Assembly: GCF_028641065.1 (NCBI RefSeq)
Contig: NC_073401.1
Span: forward strand, 20,398,001-20,462,000
Length of the DNA stretch: 64,000 nucleotides
Source of the DNA: Leucoraja erinacea
Lineage: Eukaryota
Reading direction: 5' to 3'
Part shown: positions 24,201 through 35,700 of the stretch, piece by piece
Position numbering within the stretch: the first letter of the stretch is position 1
Layout of the letters: each line of letters opens with the position of its first letter
Position numbers and translations under genes: made by a program
Notes under the pieces: generated by a model
Databases searched by the model: none
What the model saw: the letters and a program-made list of their open reading frames with translations, nothing else
Told to the model about the DNA's origin: nothing

Positions 24201-27200
24201 TCATCTACCAAACTGTGACCGAATGGGGAGGCTGATTTTACCTGATTTGTTGGTCCTTGTGTTCTGGACAAGTGGCCTGCCTCTCGTTCCTTGATAAAAT
24301 GGCAAATTCCTCGCAGCTGAGGGCCTTCAGGTTTTCCAGAGACTTCACCGTGTGTCCATGCTGCTCAATCAACAGCTGATGGCCATGGAAGCATCTCAGG
24401 CACAAGAAATGATCACACGTGAAACACAGGAAAGTGGCAGGCTCTTCACTGCCACAAGTCTGGCAAATACTGCACCAGATGTCCAGCCCAGTATCAATCC
24501 TCTGCTGCAGCTGCACTTTGCTCACCAGTTTGGCCAGCAGTGTGTTGTCTTGTACTTTGGTGATGTCCCCGTCTGTGGGGGCACTGCAGATGGGACAGAT
24601 GGCAAAGTCCTGCCCCACCCACACATTCTGCAGGCACTCCAGGCAGACACTGTGCAGGCATGGAAGCAGCTTGGGTCTCCTCAGCTGGTTACAGCAAACT
24701 CCACACATCACACTTTCACCTGACAGAGTGGCATCTGATCCAGGTTCCATCGCCTTAATTGAGAAGAAGAAAATAATTAAACACATCATATTTCAATAAT
24801 GAGTACAAAGGTTGTTTTGGCAACCATGACTTGGCAATCATTGTAAAGGTTTAAATCACTGGGCTAGTTCTCCTCTTAGCCTGGCCTTCCCAGGCACAGA
24901 CCGGCCGCTTGCTTTATTTCTCACCATTTGGTCCACTCACTTGATGTGGAGATGAAATTTCCCTGGACAAATCAAGTCATGTCAAGTTTATTCGTCACAT
25001 ACACATACGAGATGTGCAGTGAAATGAAAAGTGGCGATGCTCGCGGACTTTGTGCAAAAAGACAAACAAACAAACAACCAAACAAATTACAAACCGAATG
25101 GAACAGAATCACATATTCTTTTACATATTAAATATTGTGGGCGGAAGGAAAAAGGGAAAAAAACAGCAATTTAAAAAAAAAGCAGTAGAGTGGTACAGTA
25201 AAAGTTAGTCCCTGGTGAGTTAGGAGTTTACAGTCCTAATGGCCTCTGGGAAGAAACTCCTTCTCAACCTCTCCGCTCTCACAGCATGGCAACGGAGGCG
25301 TTTGCCTGAACGTAGCAGCTGGAACAGTCCGTTGCAGCGGTGGAAGGGGTCTCCCATGATTTTATTGGCTCTGGAGTTGCATCTCCTGATGTATAGTTCC
25401 TGCAGGGGGGCGAGTGAAGTTCCCATAGTGCGTTCGACCGAACGCACTACTCTCTGCAGAGCCTTCTTGTCCTGGGCAGAGCAATTCCCAAACCAGATGG
25501 TAATATTTCCAGACAAGATGCTTTCCACAATCAGTATGGGCGGCACTCTGGCACAGCAGTAGAGTTGCTGCCCTACAGCGCCACAGATCCAGGGTTGATG
25601 CTGACTACAGGTGCTGTCTGTACATAGTTTCTATGTTCTCCCTGTGGCAGCATGAATTTTTTCCAGGTGCTCCTGTTTCCTCGCATATTCCAGTGATGCG
25701 CAGGATTGGAGGTTAATTGGCATCTGTAAATTGCGGCTCATGTGTAGGATGAGAAACTGGGATAACATAGAACTTGTGGACGGGTGGTCATTGTGTTTAA
25801 GAAAGAACTGCAGATGCAGGAACAATCGAAGGTAGACAAAAAATGCTGGAGAAACTCAGCGGGTGAGGCAGCATCTATGGAGAGAAGGAAATAGGTGCCT
25901 TTTTGGGTCGAGATCCTTCTTCAGACTGTCAGGGGGGGGAAGTAAAGGAAGTAGGTGGAGACAGTAGGACATGTGGGAGAACTGGGATGGGGGAGGGGAA
26001 GGGGAGAGAAAGCAAGGGCTATCTAAAATAAGGGAGTTCAGTATTCTGACTGCACATGCCCAGGTCAAAGGTCACTATGCATAACATTGCTGGAAAGCAC
26101 TGGAGCAGTGGACCTTCATTTCATCCATTTTTTCCAGCTTTGATTTTTCTAGGTAAGAAAATACTGCTTTCAAACTGAAATACTTGTATTTATTGTTCCT
26201 TTTGATAAAAGCTAAGAATATTTTGTTGCTTTTATTGCTTTATCCTGGGGCCGCTGTGTCGTCGGTCCGGCGCTATCGGTTGGCCCGACGACGGTTGAGC
26301 TGGGGTTGGTGCTTCTTCTCCTTGCTGGCTGTGACCGACGACACCAGCGGCCTCAGGCCCACAGCCAGCACGGAGAAGAAACGGCAACTCCAGCCCAACC
26401 CCGCTCCCCGACGGACCAGGGACTGCCAATGGCCAACCCCCCCAGCGCCAGTGAAAGCCGAGCACCAGCCATACACACAGGGCGGCGCAGCAACTCAATC
26501 TCCTCCCCGCGCCGGCTCCAAGCTTGGCCCGATACCTCCGGCCGCCCCCAGACAGGGACGAGACACCCGGGAGGGGACGGGGACAGAGATGGCCCAGCAG
26601 CAACTCAACAGACCCGGCACCGACCCACCACGGATGAGCACAAACTCGCTCACTCACCAAAACATACAGCAATAAAAACAACAAAATAATCTTAGCCTTT
26701 AACAAAGTGACAATAAATGCAACTATTTCATTGTTTGAAAGCAGTATTTTCTTACCTAGAAGAATCAAAGCTGGAAAAAACAGAAGAAATTAAGGTCCAC
26801 TGCATCACAGCAATGTTCATGCATGATGACCTTAGACCTGGGCATCCCCTACCCCCAATTTCTCCGTCTACGCCGCATCTGCGCCCAGGATGAGGTGTAC
26901 CATACCAGGGCATCGGAGATGTCCTCATTCTTTAGGGAACGGGGGTTCCCCTCTCCCATTATAGATGAGGCTCTCACCAGGGTCACCTCTATATCCTGCA
27001 GCTCCGCTCTTACTCCCCATCCCTCTATTCGTAACAAGGACGAACCCCCTTGTCCTCACCTGCCACCCCACCAGCCGTTGCATACAACATAAGGCAGGTA
27101 CGGGATACTGAGTTGGATGATCAGCCATGATCATATTGAATGGCGGTGCAGGCTCGAAGGGCCGAATGGCCTACTCCTGCACCTAATTTCTATGTTTCTA

Positions 27201-29007
27201 TATAATCCCCCAACATTTTTGCCACCTCCAACGGGATCCCACTACTGGTCACATCTTCCCATCTCCCCTTTCTGCCTTCTGCAGAGACTGTTCCCTCCGT
27301 AACTCCCTGGTGAATTCGTCCCTTCCCACCCAAACCACCCCCTCCCCGGGTACTTTCCCTGCAGCCGCAGGAAATGCAACAATTGTCCCTATACCTCCCC
27401 CCTCGACTCCATCCAAGGACCCAATCAGTCTTTCCAGGTGAGGCAGAGGTTCACCTGCACCTCCTCCAACCTCATCTACTGCATCCACTGTTCTGGGTGT
27501 CAACTTCTCTACATTGGCGAGACCAAGCGCAGGCTCGGTGAGCGCTTTGCTGAACACCGCTGAAATTGGGGGAATAGCACCTCATATTTTGCTTGGGTAG
27601 TTTACACCCCAGCGGTATGAACATTGACCTCTAATTCTAGAGCGCCCTTGCTTTCTTCCCCCCTTCCCCTCCCCTTCCCAGTTCTCCCACAAGTAATATG
27701 GGATCTCAACCTGAAACGTCGCCTATTCCTTCTCTCCATAGATGCTGCCTCACCCACTGAGTTTCTCCAGCATTTTTTGTCTACCTTCTCTGGGTGATTG
27801 TTGTTCGGCACGGATTCGGTGGGCCCAGGACCTATTTCCGCGCTGTATCTCTAAACTAAAGTCTCAAAATAAGAGGTTGGCCATACCACTGAGAAGAAAG
27901 TGCTGGCCTTAAGGGTTGCACAATCCAGCCAGTCCACCTTGTAACCGTCACCTGAATTTCAATAAGATCAGCTAACATTCTTTAAACTCCAACAAATCCA
28001 GTCGCAGTCGATCCAATCTCGATGGCAAAGTTGCCATTGCTGTTTTATGTGTTTTGTAGTCAATGCCTACTATGTTCTGTTGTGCTGAAGCAAAGCAAGA
28101 ATTTCATTGTCCTATTAGGGACACATGACAATAAACTCACTTGAACTTGATGTACTTCCCTCTCTGGCAGGTTCATTCTTTTTAAGGCTAATCCCTGTAC
28201 ACAATACCTTACATGTGCGTTTACAATTACATCCCTGTGCTCAAATCCTCTCTTTAGGAAGGCCACCATCTCATTTGTTTTCACAATCTCCTGCTTTCAG
28301 TCACATGTGCACCAGAACACCCAGGTCACTTTGAATATCAAGTGGAACATCTCAAATAACATATACCTCAGTCTGAATCACCACCATTCTTTTTTCCACC
28401 CCCTACAAATAATGCTTGCCTCACTGTTCCTCGAACAGGTTGTTTATTACCTCATAACCTATAACCCAGTAGTGTTAACGTTGAATTTTCCACTTTCAGA
28501 TAACCCTCACCTCTGTGTTCCTCTCTCCTTCTGATCCCCTGCCTAGTTTTGTTCAGTTTCACCTCCCCATTGCACAATGTCATCCCCTCCTCTTCCTGGT
28601 TCCATCCACTCACAAGCCACACATTTCACCCACGAACCCCCTCTCCCATTTAAATCTAACTGCCCGTCACCTCTTCCCTGGTGGTTACCATTACCACCCT
28701 GCCTGTCTCCCTTGCCCCTCACCCCCGCCTATCAGCTCCCCTCCCTCAGTTCATATCAGTTTGTTATGTACACGTACCAGGGCGCGATGAAATTCCTTGT
28801 TCACAGGAATGTCATGGCAACGATAGATACAACGATGAATAAATATATAAATAAACTGTACTCCCCGGGGTCTTCTGGTGGAGATAGACGTTCAGCGGAG
28901 GGGGGGGGGGGGGGGGGGAGACGGAATTGTCAACTGCAGGTCTGTGATATTGCGCTGGGCGAGGAAGGGACCTAGAGCTGGCGGCGGCGGCGGGCACTTA
29001 CCGACAT
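16680..29007 (-). CDS. PML/TRIM19-like protein: RING, B-box1, B-box2, coiled coil, SIM-like exon, degenerate DEDDh domain. Exons 29007-29002, 24753-24242, 23549-22966, 22472-22387, 21562-~21358, (possible extra exon(s) 20100-20800), 19583-19534, 19153-18958, 17440-16680
   Basis: RING CGVCCNQLRRPKLLPCLHSVCLECL...CPIC; B1 CQTC...FLCFTCDHFLCLRCFHGH; B2 CPEH...FFCKTCSTSACCNCLLLHH; coiled coil at 22966-23430; C-terminal domain homologous to the neighbouring exonuclease. All listed joins are GT-AG and phase-consistent. Orthology to PML is unproven, so no symbol is given. Confidence 0.85.
17550..18450 (+). mobile_element. Degenerate CR1 LINE fragment in an intron
   Basis: PHLEYCAHFWS...LKRVQRKFTR remnant and CR1 3' UTR-like sequence. 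Confidence 0.7.
21174..21229. repeat. (GT)n/(GCGT)n microsatellite preceded by a poly-G run
   Basis: Seen directly. Confidence 0.9.
25220..25530 (-). mobile_element. L2/Rex1-Babar-like LINE 3' fragment
   Basis: Peptide VESILSGNITIWFGNCSAQDKKALQRVVRS...RLRRSFFPEAIR. Confidence 0.8.
26076..26825. mobile_element. Non-autonomous element with ~160-bp imperfect terminal inverted repeats and a GC-rich core
   Basis: The left arm (cattgctg...ttctaggtaagaaaatactgctttcaaac...ttttattgct) is the reverse complement of the right arm (agcaataaaa...gtttgaaagcagtattttcttacctagaa...cagcaatg). Confidence 0.75.
26840..27560 (+). mobile_element. Penelope-like element fragment (RT C-terminus and GIY-YIG endonuclease), interrupted by a CR1 3' end
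   Basis: IPYPQFLRLRRICAQDE, and at ~27465-27560 NLIYCIHCSGCQLLYIGETKRRLGERFAEH. Confidence 0.85.
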
Positions 29008-29065
29008 CCCGCGGCGGGCAGCGGAGGGGAGGGGACTGCGGCTCGAACTTTGGTGCCCGGACAAG

Positions 29066-29300
29066 TTGCTGCTCTACAGCCAGAGACCCGGGTTCGATCC
29101 TGACTACTGGTGCTGTCTGTAGGGAGTTTGTATCTTCTCCCTGTGACCGCGTCCGGTTTCCTCACACATTCCAAAGACGGACAGATTTGTAGGTTAATTG
29201 GCTTCTGTAAATGGTAAAAATAAAATTGTCCCTAGTGTGCAGGATCGCTGGTCGGCGATGCCTTCGGTGGGTCGAAGGGCCAGTTTCCGTGGAGTATCTC
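29066..29300 (+). mobile_element. tRNA-derived SINE (HE1/V-SINE-like) between the PML-like first exon and its ISRE
   Basis: B-box GGTTCGATCC and body tgctgtctgtagggagtttgta shared with copies at 33717 and 35382. Confidence 0.8.
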
Positions 29301-29304
29301 TGAT

Positions 29305-29333
29305 TTCCCACGAAAATGAAAGTGAAAGGAAAA
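29305..29333. promoter_or_regulatory. ISRE/IRF-E cluster with an overlapping GAS-like site upstream of the PML-like gene
   Basis: GAAAATGAAAGTGAAAGGAAAA (29312-29333) and TTCCCACGAA (29305-29314, TTC-N4-GAA). Confidence 0.62.
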
Positions 29334-29420
29334 TCTGACGCTCGCTCGCCAGCCGACCTCTGCTGTCATAACTGGACTTCCCCCACAGCTGGCCACTCCC
29401 CCGCGCTACTCCCACAAGAT

Positions 29421-29457
29421 CAAAGATCCCTATAGCAGATCTGCTATAGGATCTTTG
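29421..29457. mobile_element. 37-bp palindromic hAT-like MITE remnant with an 8-bp TSD
   Basis: CAAAGATCCCTATAGCAGATCTGCTATAGGATCTTTG flanked by CACAAGAT at 29413-29420 and 29458-29465. Confidence 0.75.
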
Positions 29458-31073
29458 CACAAGATCTTTGGACTCCGGCCTCAGTCCTAACCGCGCACAG
29501 GCTTTTCCACAGCTGGCGACTCACTCACGCACACACGTGGATTCCTCCACCACTGCCCCACGGCTTGTGATCCACCGGCTGCTGCCCGCAGCGTAGATTA
29601 TAACGGTAAATGATTTTATTAGTTAGAGGCTGCTCACAAGGCCAGGTGATGATAAAGAGTCCTGTAGGACAGGATACAAGTTATAGTCACACAGCACGAA
29701 AACAGGCCCTTTGGCTCAACCCGTCCACAACGAACAAGGTGCCCTACCTATGCTGGTCCCATTTGCTTCGGTTTGACCCATAGACATTTTATTAAAAAAA
29801 TTACTAAATAATCCTCGTAAATCTTGACTCTTTCCAGTTTAGTGTCATCTTTTTACACAGCAATGTGACCCAAACTAAACTCAATACCCCATGTGTGTCA
29901 CCAATATCTCGTACAACTGTAACATAACGTACAGACTGTCATATTCAATTCCCTGACCGATAAAGGTCAGTGTGCCAAAAGCTGCCTTCACCACCCAATC
30001 TATCTGCAACCACATTTACCATGAACTGTGAAAAGGAAGGCAGTGATTTCGATTTTTGGCGAAAACCTTGCGTCGGATCGAGAGAACGGAAAGGCTATGT
30101 CCCCAAAATTGTGGTAATACATCCATTTTTTATACAAGCACTAAATCGGGCATCATGGCACTTGGTACCATATGATATCCATAAGTTAGAAATTTCCATT
30201 CTACACACGTCACCTTCCTGCCATGTCTGTGGGTTTCAGCATACACACTTTCAACTTAAATGCAAGCTTTTAAACACACTTTATTGCCCCAAAAAACAGA
30301 TTATCCATCACAACAAAAGACACAAACGCTGGAGTAACTCAGTGGGTCAGGCAGCATCTCTGGAGAACATGGATTGCTGATGGTTCAGGTCGGGATCCTT
30401 CTTCAGACTCATTGCAGGTGGATTCCGAAAGACAGCTAGAAAAGAGAAGGGGCAGGAGAGAGCATGACCAGTAACAGGTGAACACAGGTGAGGGCTTCTT
30501 TTTGGTAGGCTGATTGTTGGACAAATGTCAGAGGTGTTCCTTCCTACACATTTTGTCTGCTTCAGAGATGAAGAGACAGAGTCCGAAAAGGATAAAGTGT
30601 TGCGAATTGTGAAACTTGAAGGTATAAGAAGAGATGCAGGAGGAGGGAGAGGGATGAAACTGGTGCAAAGTCAGCAAGATCTCAGGCAGAGGAGGGAGAA
30701 TGGTGGGGGAAGAAAGCGAAGGGGGAAGGAAGCAGTTTGTGGGTTAGTCACCTAAAATTGTATAATTCAATGTTCATAACGTTGGGTTATAAGCCACCCA
30801 AGCAAAGTAAGAGGTGTTGTTCCTCCAGTTTATGTGCAGCCTCACTCTGGCAATGCAGCAGGCCAAGGTCAGAAAGGTCAGTATGGGAATGTGACGGGGA
30901 GTTAAGATGGTTAGTATCCTTTCAATGCACCAGTTTCTCCTCTCCCTCTGCATCCCTTCCAATGGTTACATGCAGAACCATGGCTGCCTCGGCCAAGTCT
31001 ATTTTGTCTTTTTCTTCTTTGTTGTTTTCAGCCTGTTGTTAAATGTATGTTTTAGTGTATCTTTAGTATTTTA

Positions 31074-31768
31074 CTAGACTAAGTGGGACCTGTTGGGTCC
31101 CAGCATTACATGGGAGGGCTGGTCACCAACGCAATATTTCACCTCTCCACCAATTCCAATATTGCTCGCCACTGTGGGGGGGATGGAGGGGCTTTCTGTT
31201 GCGCTAGTATGGGTGTTGCGGGCTGAAGATACTGGTTTCCAGAGGGCTAGTATAGACATTGTGCGCCGAATGGATTCTTGGGCTGGCAGCCAACTGTTGC
31301 AACGATTTTGAAAGCCAAGCCAAGGCAAACAATTTGGCTGCAGCCACCCGACAACCAAAATTCATTTTGTGAACAAACTTTAAATAATGGCAAACAATTT
31401 GGCAGCAGCCACATCGAGCGGACTCACCATGGAGTAGACGTGCGTTCAGTGTTATTCACAGCTCAGAGAGCCGTGACCCTCTCGCTTCCTGGGTCTGGCA
31501 GAGAGTGAGGCACGACACTTCCGGGTTTTATAGTCCCTCTCCCTTATCCCCTGCCGCCAACAGGGGCAGCAGAGAGAATGGGGATTTTTTAAAAAACATT
31601 AATATCTCTCTGATTTTTCATCGATGGGTAAAATCCTCTGGTCCCGGAAGGCGGAGGGGGGCTCTGAGCGAGGTGGCCAAAAATGACGGCCGTATGTGGC
31701 GGCATTCTCTCAGAAATCGCAGCACAGTGGGCCAAACGCGGTCAAGATCAGACTTTTAGTTATATAGA
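31074..31768 (-). mobile_element. Non-autonomous Helitron
   Basis: The minus strand starts TCTATATAACTAAAAG after an A and ends with hairpin GGGACC-caaca-GGTCCC then CTAG followed by T. Insertion is at A|T with no TSD. Confidence 0.85.
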
Positions 31769-32575
31769 TTATGTGGGGGGGGCGGGGAAACTTTAAAAAA
31801 ATCTCTTTCCTCGAAGGAGATGCAACTTTTTTTGTATCGTATCTCCGTCCGCACTGAGACCTAACATCGTGGAGCTGGTAGTCCTTTTGCCAGGGATCGA
31901 CCTCAGGAGCTCAAACCGTGGGAGCTCGCGGTCGCTTGGTTAGGGACCGACTTTGGGAGCTCCAACCGCAGGAGCTTCGACCTCTCAGATCGCGGGAGCG
32001 TCGATCACCCCGACTGCGGATGGTTCGACTGCCCCGACCGCGGGAGAGAAAAGACAATAAGACTTTATTGCCTTCCATGTGGTGGAGCCGCAGTGGTGGA
32101 TGTTTATGCTAATTTTGATGTAGTTGTGTCTTGTTGCTTTTGTTTAGTATGACTATGGCAAAATCAAATTCTTTGTATGTTGCAAAACATACTTGGCTAA
32201 TAAATTAATTACGATTTTACAGCTTCTCTACCCTCAAGTTTTACAATTCAGAGCTCTTCATCCTCTCTAGGCTTATACCCGTCACATTTGTCTTTTCATC
32301 TCTAGCCGTTGCCCAATAATCTATCACCCCCACCACCACCACAACTGTTGTGATCACCTATTCACGGCCATGCTCTGTCCTGTCCATCCTCTTTTACAGT
32401 TTATTTCTCCTCTCCCCCACAATTTCTCCAAAGACAGATCTGTCCCAACTGGAAACGTCACCTATCCATATTCTCCAGAGATTCTGCCTGACCTGCTGAG
32501 TTACTCCCGTGTTGTCTCTTTCTTTGAAATAAACATCTGCAGTTCCTTGTTATTATATCTTGTCCATTAAAATGT

Positions 32576-32581
32576 TTTATT
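32576..32581 (-). terminator. Candidate DDX51 polyadenylation signal
   Basis: AATAAA on the minus strand about 150 nt after the stop codon. Confidence 0.5.
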
Positions 32582-32731
32582 CTATGTAAAAAATGATTTC
32601 ATACATTAGAAAATAAATAACATACATGTTTGTACAAGGTGTTTGTAGGATTTTCCACCAACAATATCCAAGGTCCAAGTAAGATTCAAACATTCTCCAC
32701 ACTGTTAAATTATAAACTTTGATTCTTCAGT

Positions 32732-35700
32732 TTAGGAGAGGCTCTTCTTCTTTTCATCCTGTGTAGAAAATGGTAAAAACTTAAGTAACGCAGAGACACC
32801 GACTGAAAAGCAAATCACATTCTCAAAATTTTACACTGCCAATCAAGACACGAGGAGAGGAGACAAATAATTAAACAGCTTATTTTGGTGCTCCCCAAGA
32901 TACTGGTTTACATAGTGCACCTTTACCTTTACTTCAGTCTTTCAATAACAGTTTTTTTAAAAGTTTAATTTAGAGGTACAACACGGAAACAGGCCCTTCG
33001 GCCCACCGAGTCTACATTCACCAGCGATCCTTGCACACGAACACTGTCGTACAAACACTAAGAACAATTTGCAATTATACCAAGTCAATTTGTCTACCAA
33101 CCTGTACGTCTTTGGAATGTGGGAGAAAACTGGAGCATCTGGAGAAAACCAAGCATGTCAAGGGGAGAACGTACTAACTCCGTACAGACTAGCACCCGTA
33201 ATCAGGATCAAACCCAGGTCTATGGCGCTGTAAGGCAGCAACTCTACCGCTGTGCCAAAATAATGGATTCATTCCAACTTTCACCTTTACCTCTTGATCA
33301 TCATTTCCAAAGATTCCAGTGGCAATTTGATGTGGAGGGAAAAAAAATGTCTCGAACAACAGCGAGATGCCTCCAATGAGTTTGACCCTTGCCGCACCCA
33401 CCCTCTCTCCAGTGATTCCCCGCCAGACAAACAAATAAATGAAAAGGCATCAACCTGAAACAGCGACTCTGTTTATTTCTCTGCAGGTGCTGTCTGACCT
33501 GTTGAGCATTTCCAACATTCTCCATTCATCTTGAAAAAATTGTAGTATTCTGTTTGAAATACAGTTTCAACTTCTAATTCATCACCAATATTCATTCTGC
33601 TCAACCTATACCTACCTCTTTGTGAAGACAGCTGTCACTGCAGCAAGAGCCAATATCAGTCGAGCTATCTCCTTGACCGTAGTCGTAGTCAATTTTAACT
33701 CTTCCACATCAAATTGCGGCACGGTGGGGCAGTGGTAGAGCTATTGCCTTACAGCGCCAGAGACCCTGGTTTGATCCTGAATGCAGGTGCTGTCTGTACG
33801 GAGTTTGTACATTCTCCCCGGGACTTGCGTGAGTTTTTTTTGAGATTTTTGGTTTCCTCCCACACTCCAAAGACATACGGATTTGTAGGTTGCTTGGCTT
33901 GGTATAAATGTAAAATTGTCCCCAGTGTGTGCGGAGTAGTTTTAATGTGCGTGGATCGCTGGTCGGTACAGACTCGGTGGGCCGAAGGGCCCGTTTCCTC
34001 GCTGTATTTCTAAACTAAAACTAAATGGTTTATGGAAACTTTGGAAATAATTACCAGGAGGTAGAGGTTTTTTTTACTGTGAGAGAATGAGTATGGAGTA
34101 TATACACTGTAATGTGGATATAAAATAAAAAAATCTGAGTTAAGAAAGTTGGAGTAAAAATAAATTTTAACGTGAACTCTGGAAAGGGAACTACTGTAAC
34201 TACTCAGTCATGTAAGCTTATTGCAACATTCAATAAAAATGGTTGATCTTTATCTGAACTGTTGTTCACTTTTAATCCGTTCACTCAAAGTGTAGAACAC
34301 ACATACTACATCATACCACCTCCCACTTTCTACAAGTCCCTTTGCCCGCAAACAATCTGCTCTGATCAACTTTTGGAAGTTCCTGTCTAATGCCACCAAA
34401 GTTGGCCTTGCCCCAATTTAGAACGTTGTTGTAGCCTAACCATGGCATTATCAACAGCGATTTTAAAGTTAATAGAACTGTGATCCATGATAGCAAAAAG
34501 GTTTCCCACTCTTCCAGCACTCACATCCTACATCATACAACATGTCATTAAAACACTAGCTTTGTGAACTACACCACAAAGTTAGGGTACAGTGATCTGG
34601 CTGGCTGGGGAATAGATTTCACTGGACAGTCATATGACCACCAGTCATATGACCACCATCACTTCAGTGGTCTCCAAATCTAAAATGTATTGAAGCAAAA
34701 GGTTAGTGAGAAATGCCATTGAAAGTAGATGGGCACCTGCTTAAATTATACCGGTTAAAAGTCTGAAAGTTTGAATTAGTACAGTTTGGAAAAATCATGG
34801 ACTAAGACTTCACGAGGCTGTCATTTACCTTCACAATCTGTTGAAGCTCTTGTAGAGCCTCCTCGTAACGTGGAGTCAGGGCTCTCAGGTATTCTGGTTT
34901 CACCAGCTGTTTTTTCAGCATTGTGCTGCCAGCATCACTCAGCATCTGAAGAAACTGTTTCTCCTGCAAATTAAATGACCAGATATTTAGCACCCACAAG
35001 TCGGAACAATACAGGACACAAATGAGGGAAGGAAAAGAGCAGAGCAGCCTTGTCGTCGCCGATCAACTGGACTCTGGCAACTTGCATTTGTTTCCCAGAC
35101 ACACATCTGCAGTTCTTTCCTGCACTTTATTTACTTGTGCAGAAGGAGAACAGCACAGTCCCAGTTATAGCATTGCTCGAAAAATTTGCTCAGAATTGTG
35201 AACTTTTGTGCAGACATTTGAAATCTTGCACATTCTCCAATTCCTTATTAGCATGCATAAGCATAGAATAAAAATCACCAATCACAATACATTCTTAAAA
35301 GCACTGAAAACCAATAAAAATGACATGCAATTTAATCCTGTCCTTGCATTTAATCTTAGTAGAGATACCTTTAGATAGATAGGGCGGCATGGTGGCGCAG
35401 CGGTAGAGTTGCTGCCTTACAGCGCCAGAGACCCAAGTTCGATCCTGACTACGGGTGCTGTCTGTACGGAGTTTGTACTTGCTCCCCATGACCTGCGTGG
35501 GTTTTCTCCGGGATCTCCTGTTTCCTCCCACACTCCAAAGACGTACAGGTATGGAGGTTAATTGGCTTGGTAAAATTGTATATTGTCCCTAGTGTGTAGG
35601 ATAGTGTTAGTCTGTGGGGATCGCTGGCTGGCGCAGACTCAGTGCGCTGAAGGGCCTGTTTCCGCGCTGTATCTCAAAACCCTAAACTAAACTCTAAAGG

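Noticed and set aside
26184-26768. ORFs of 127-178 aa on both strands
   Set aside because: They lie in the GC-rich core of the foldback element and show no transposase or other motif.
33717-35460. tRNA-like A/B boxes
   Set aside because: These are SINE heads continuing into SINE bodies and tails, not tRNA cloverleafs.
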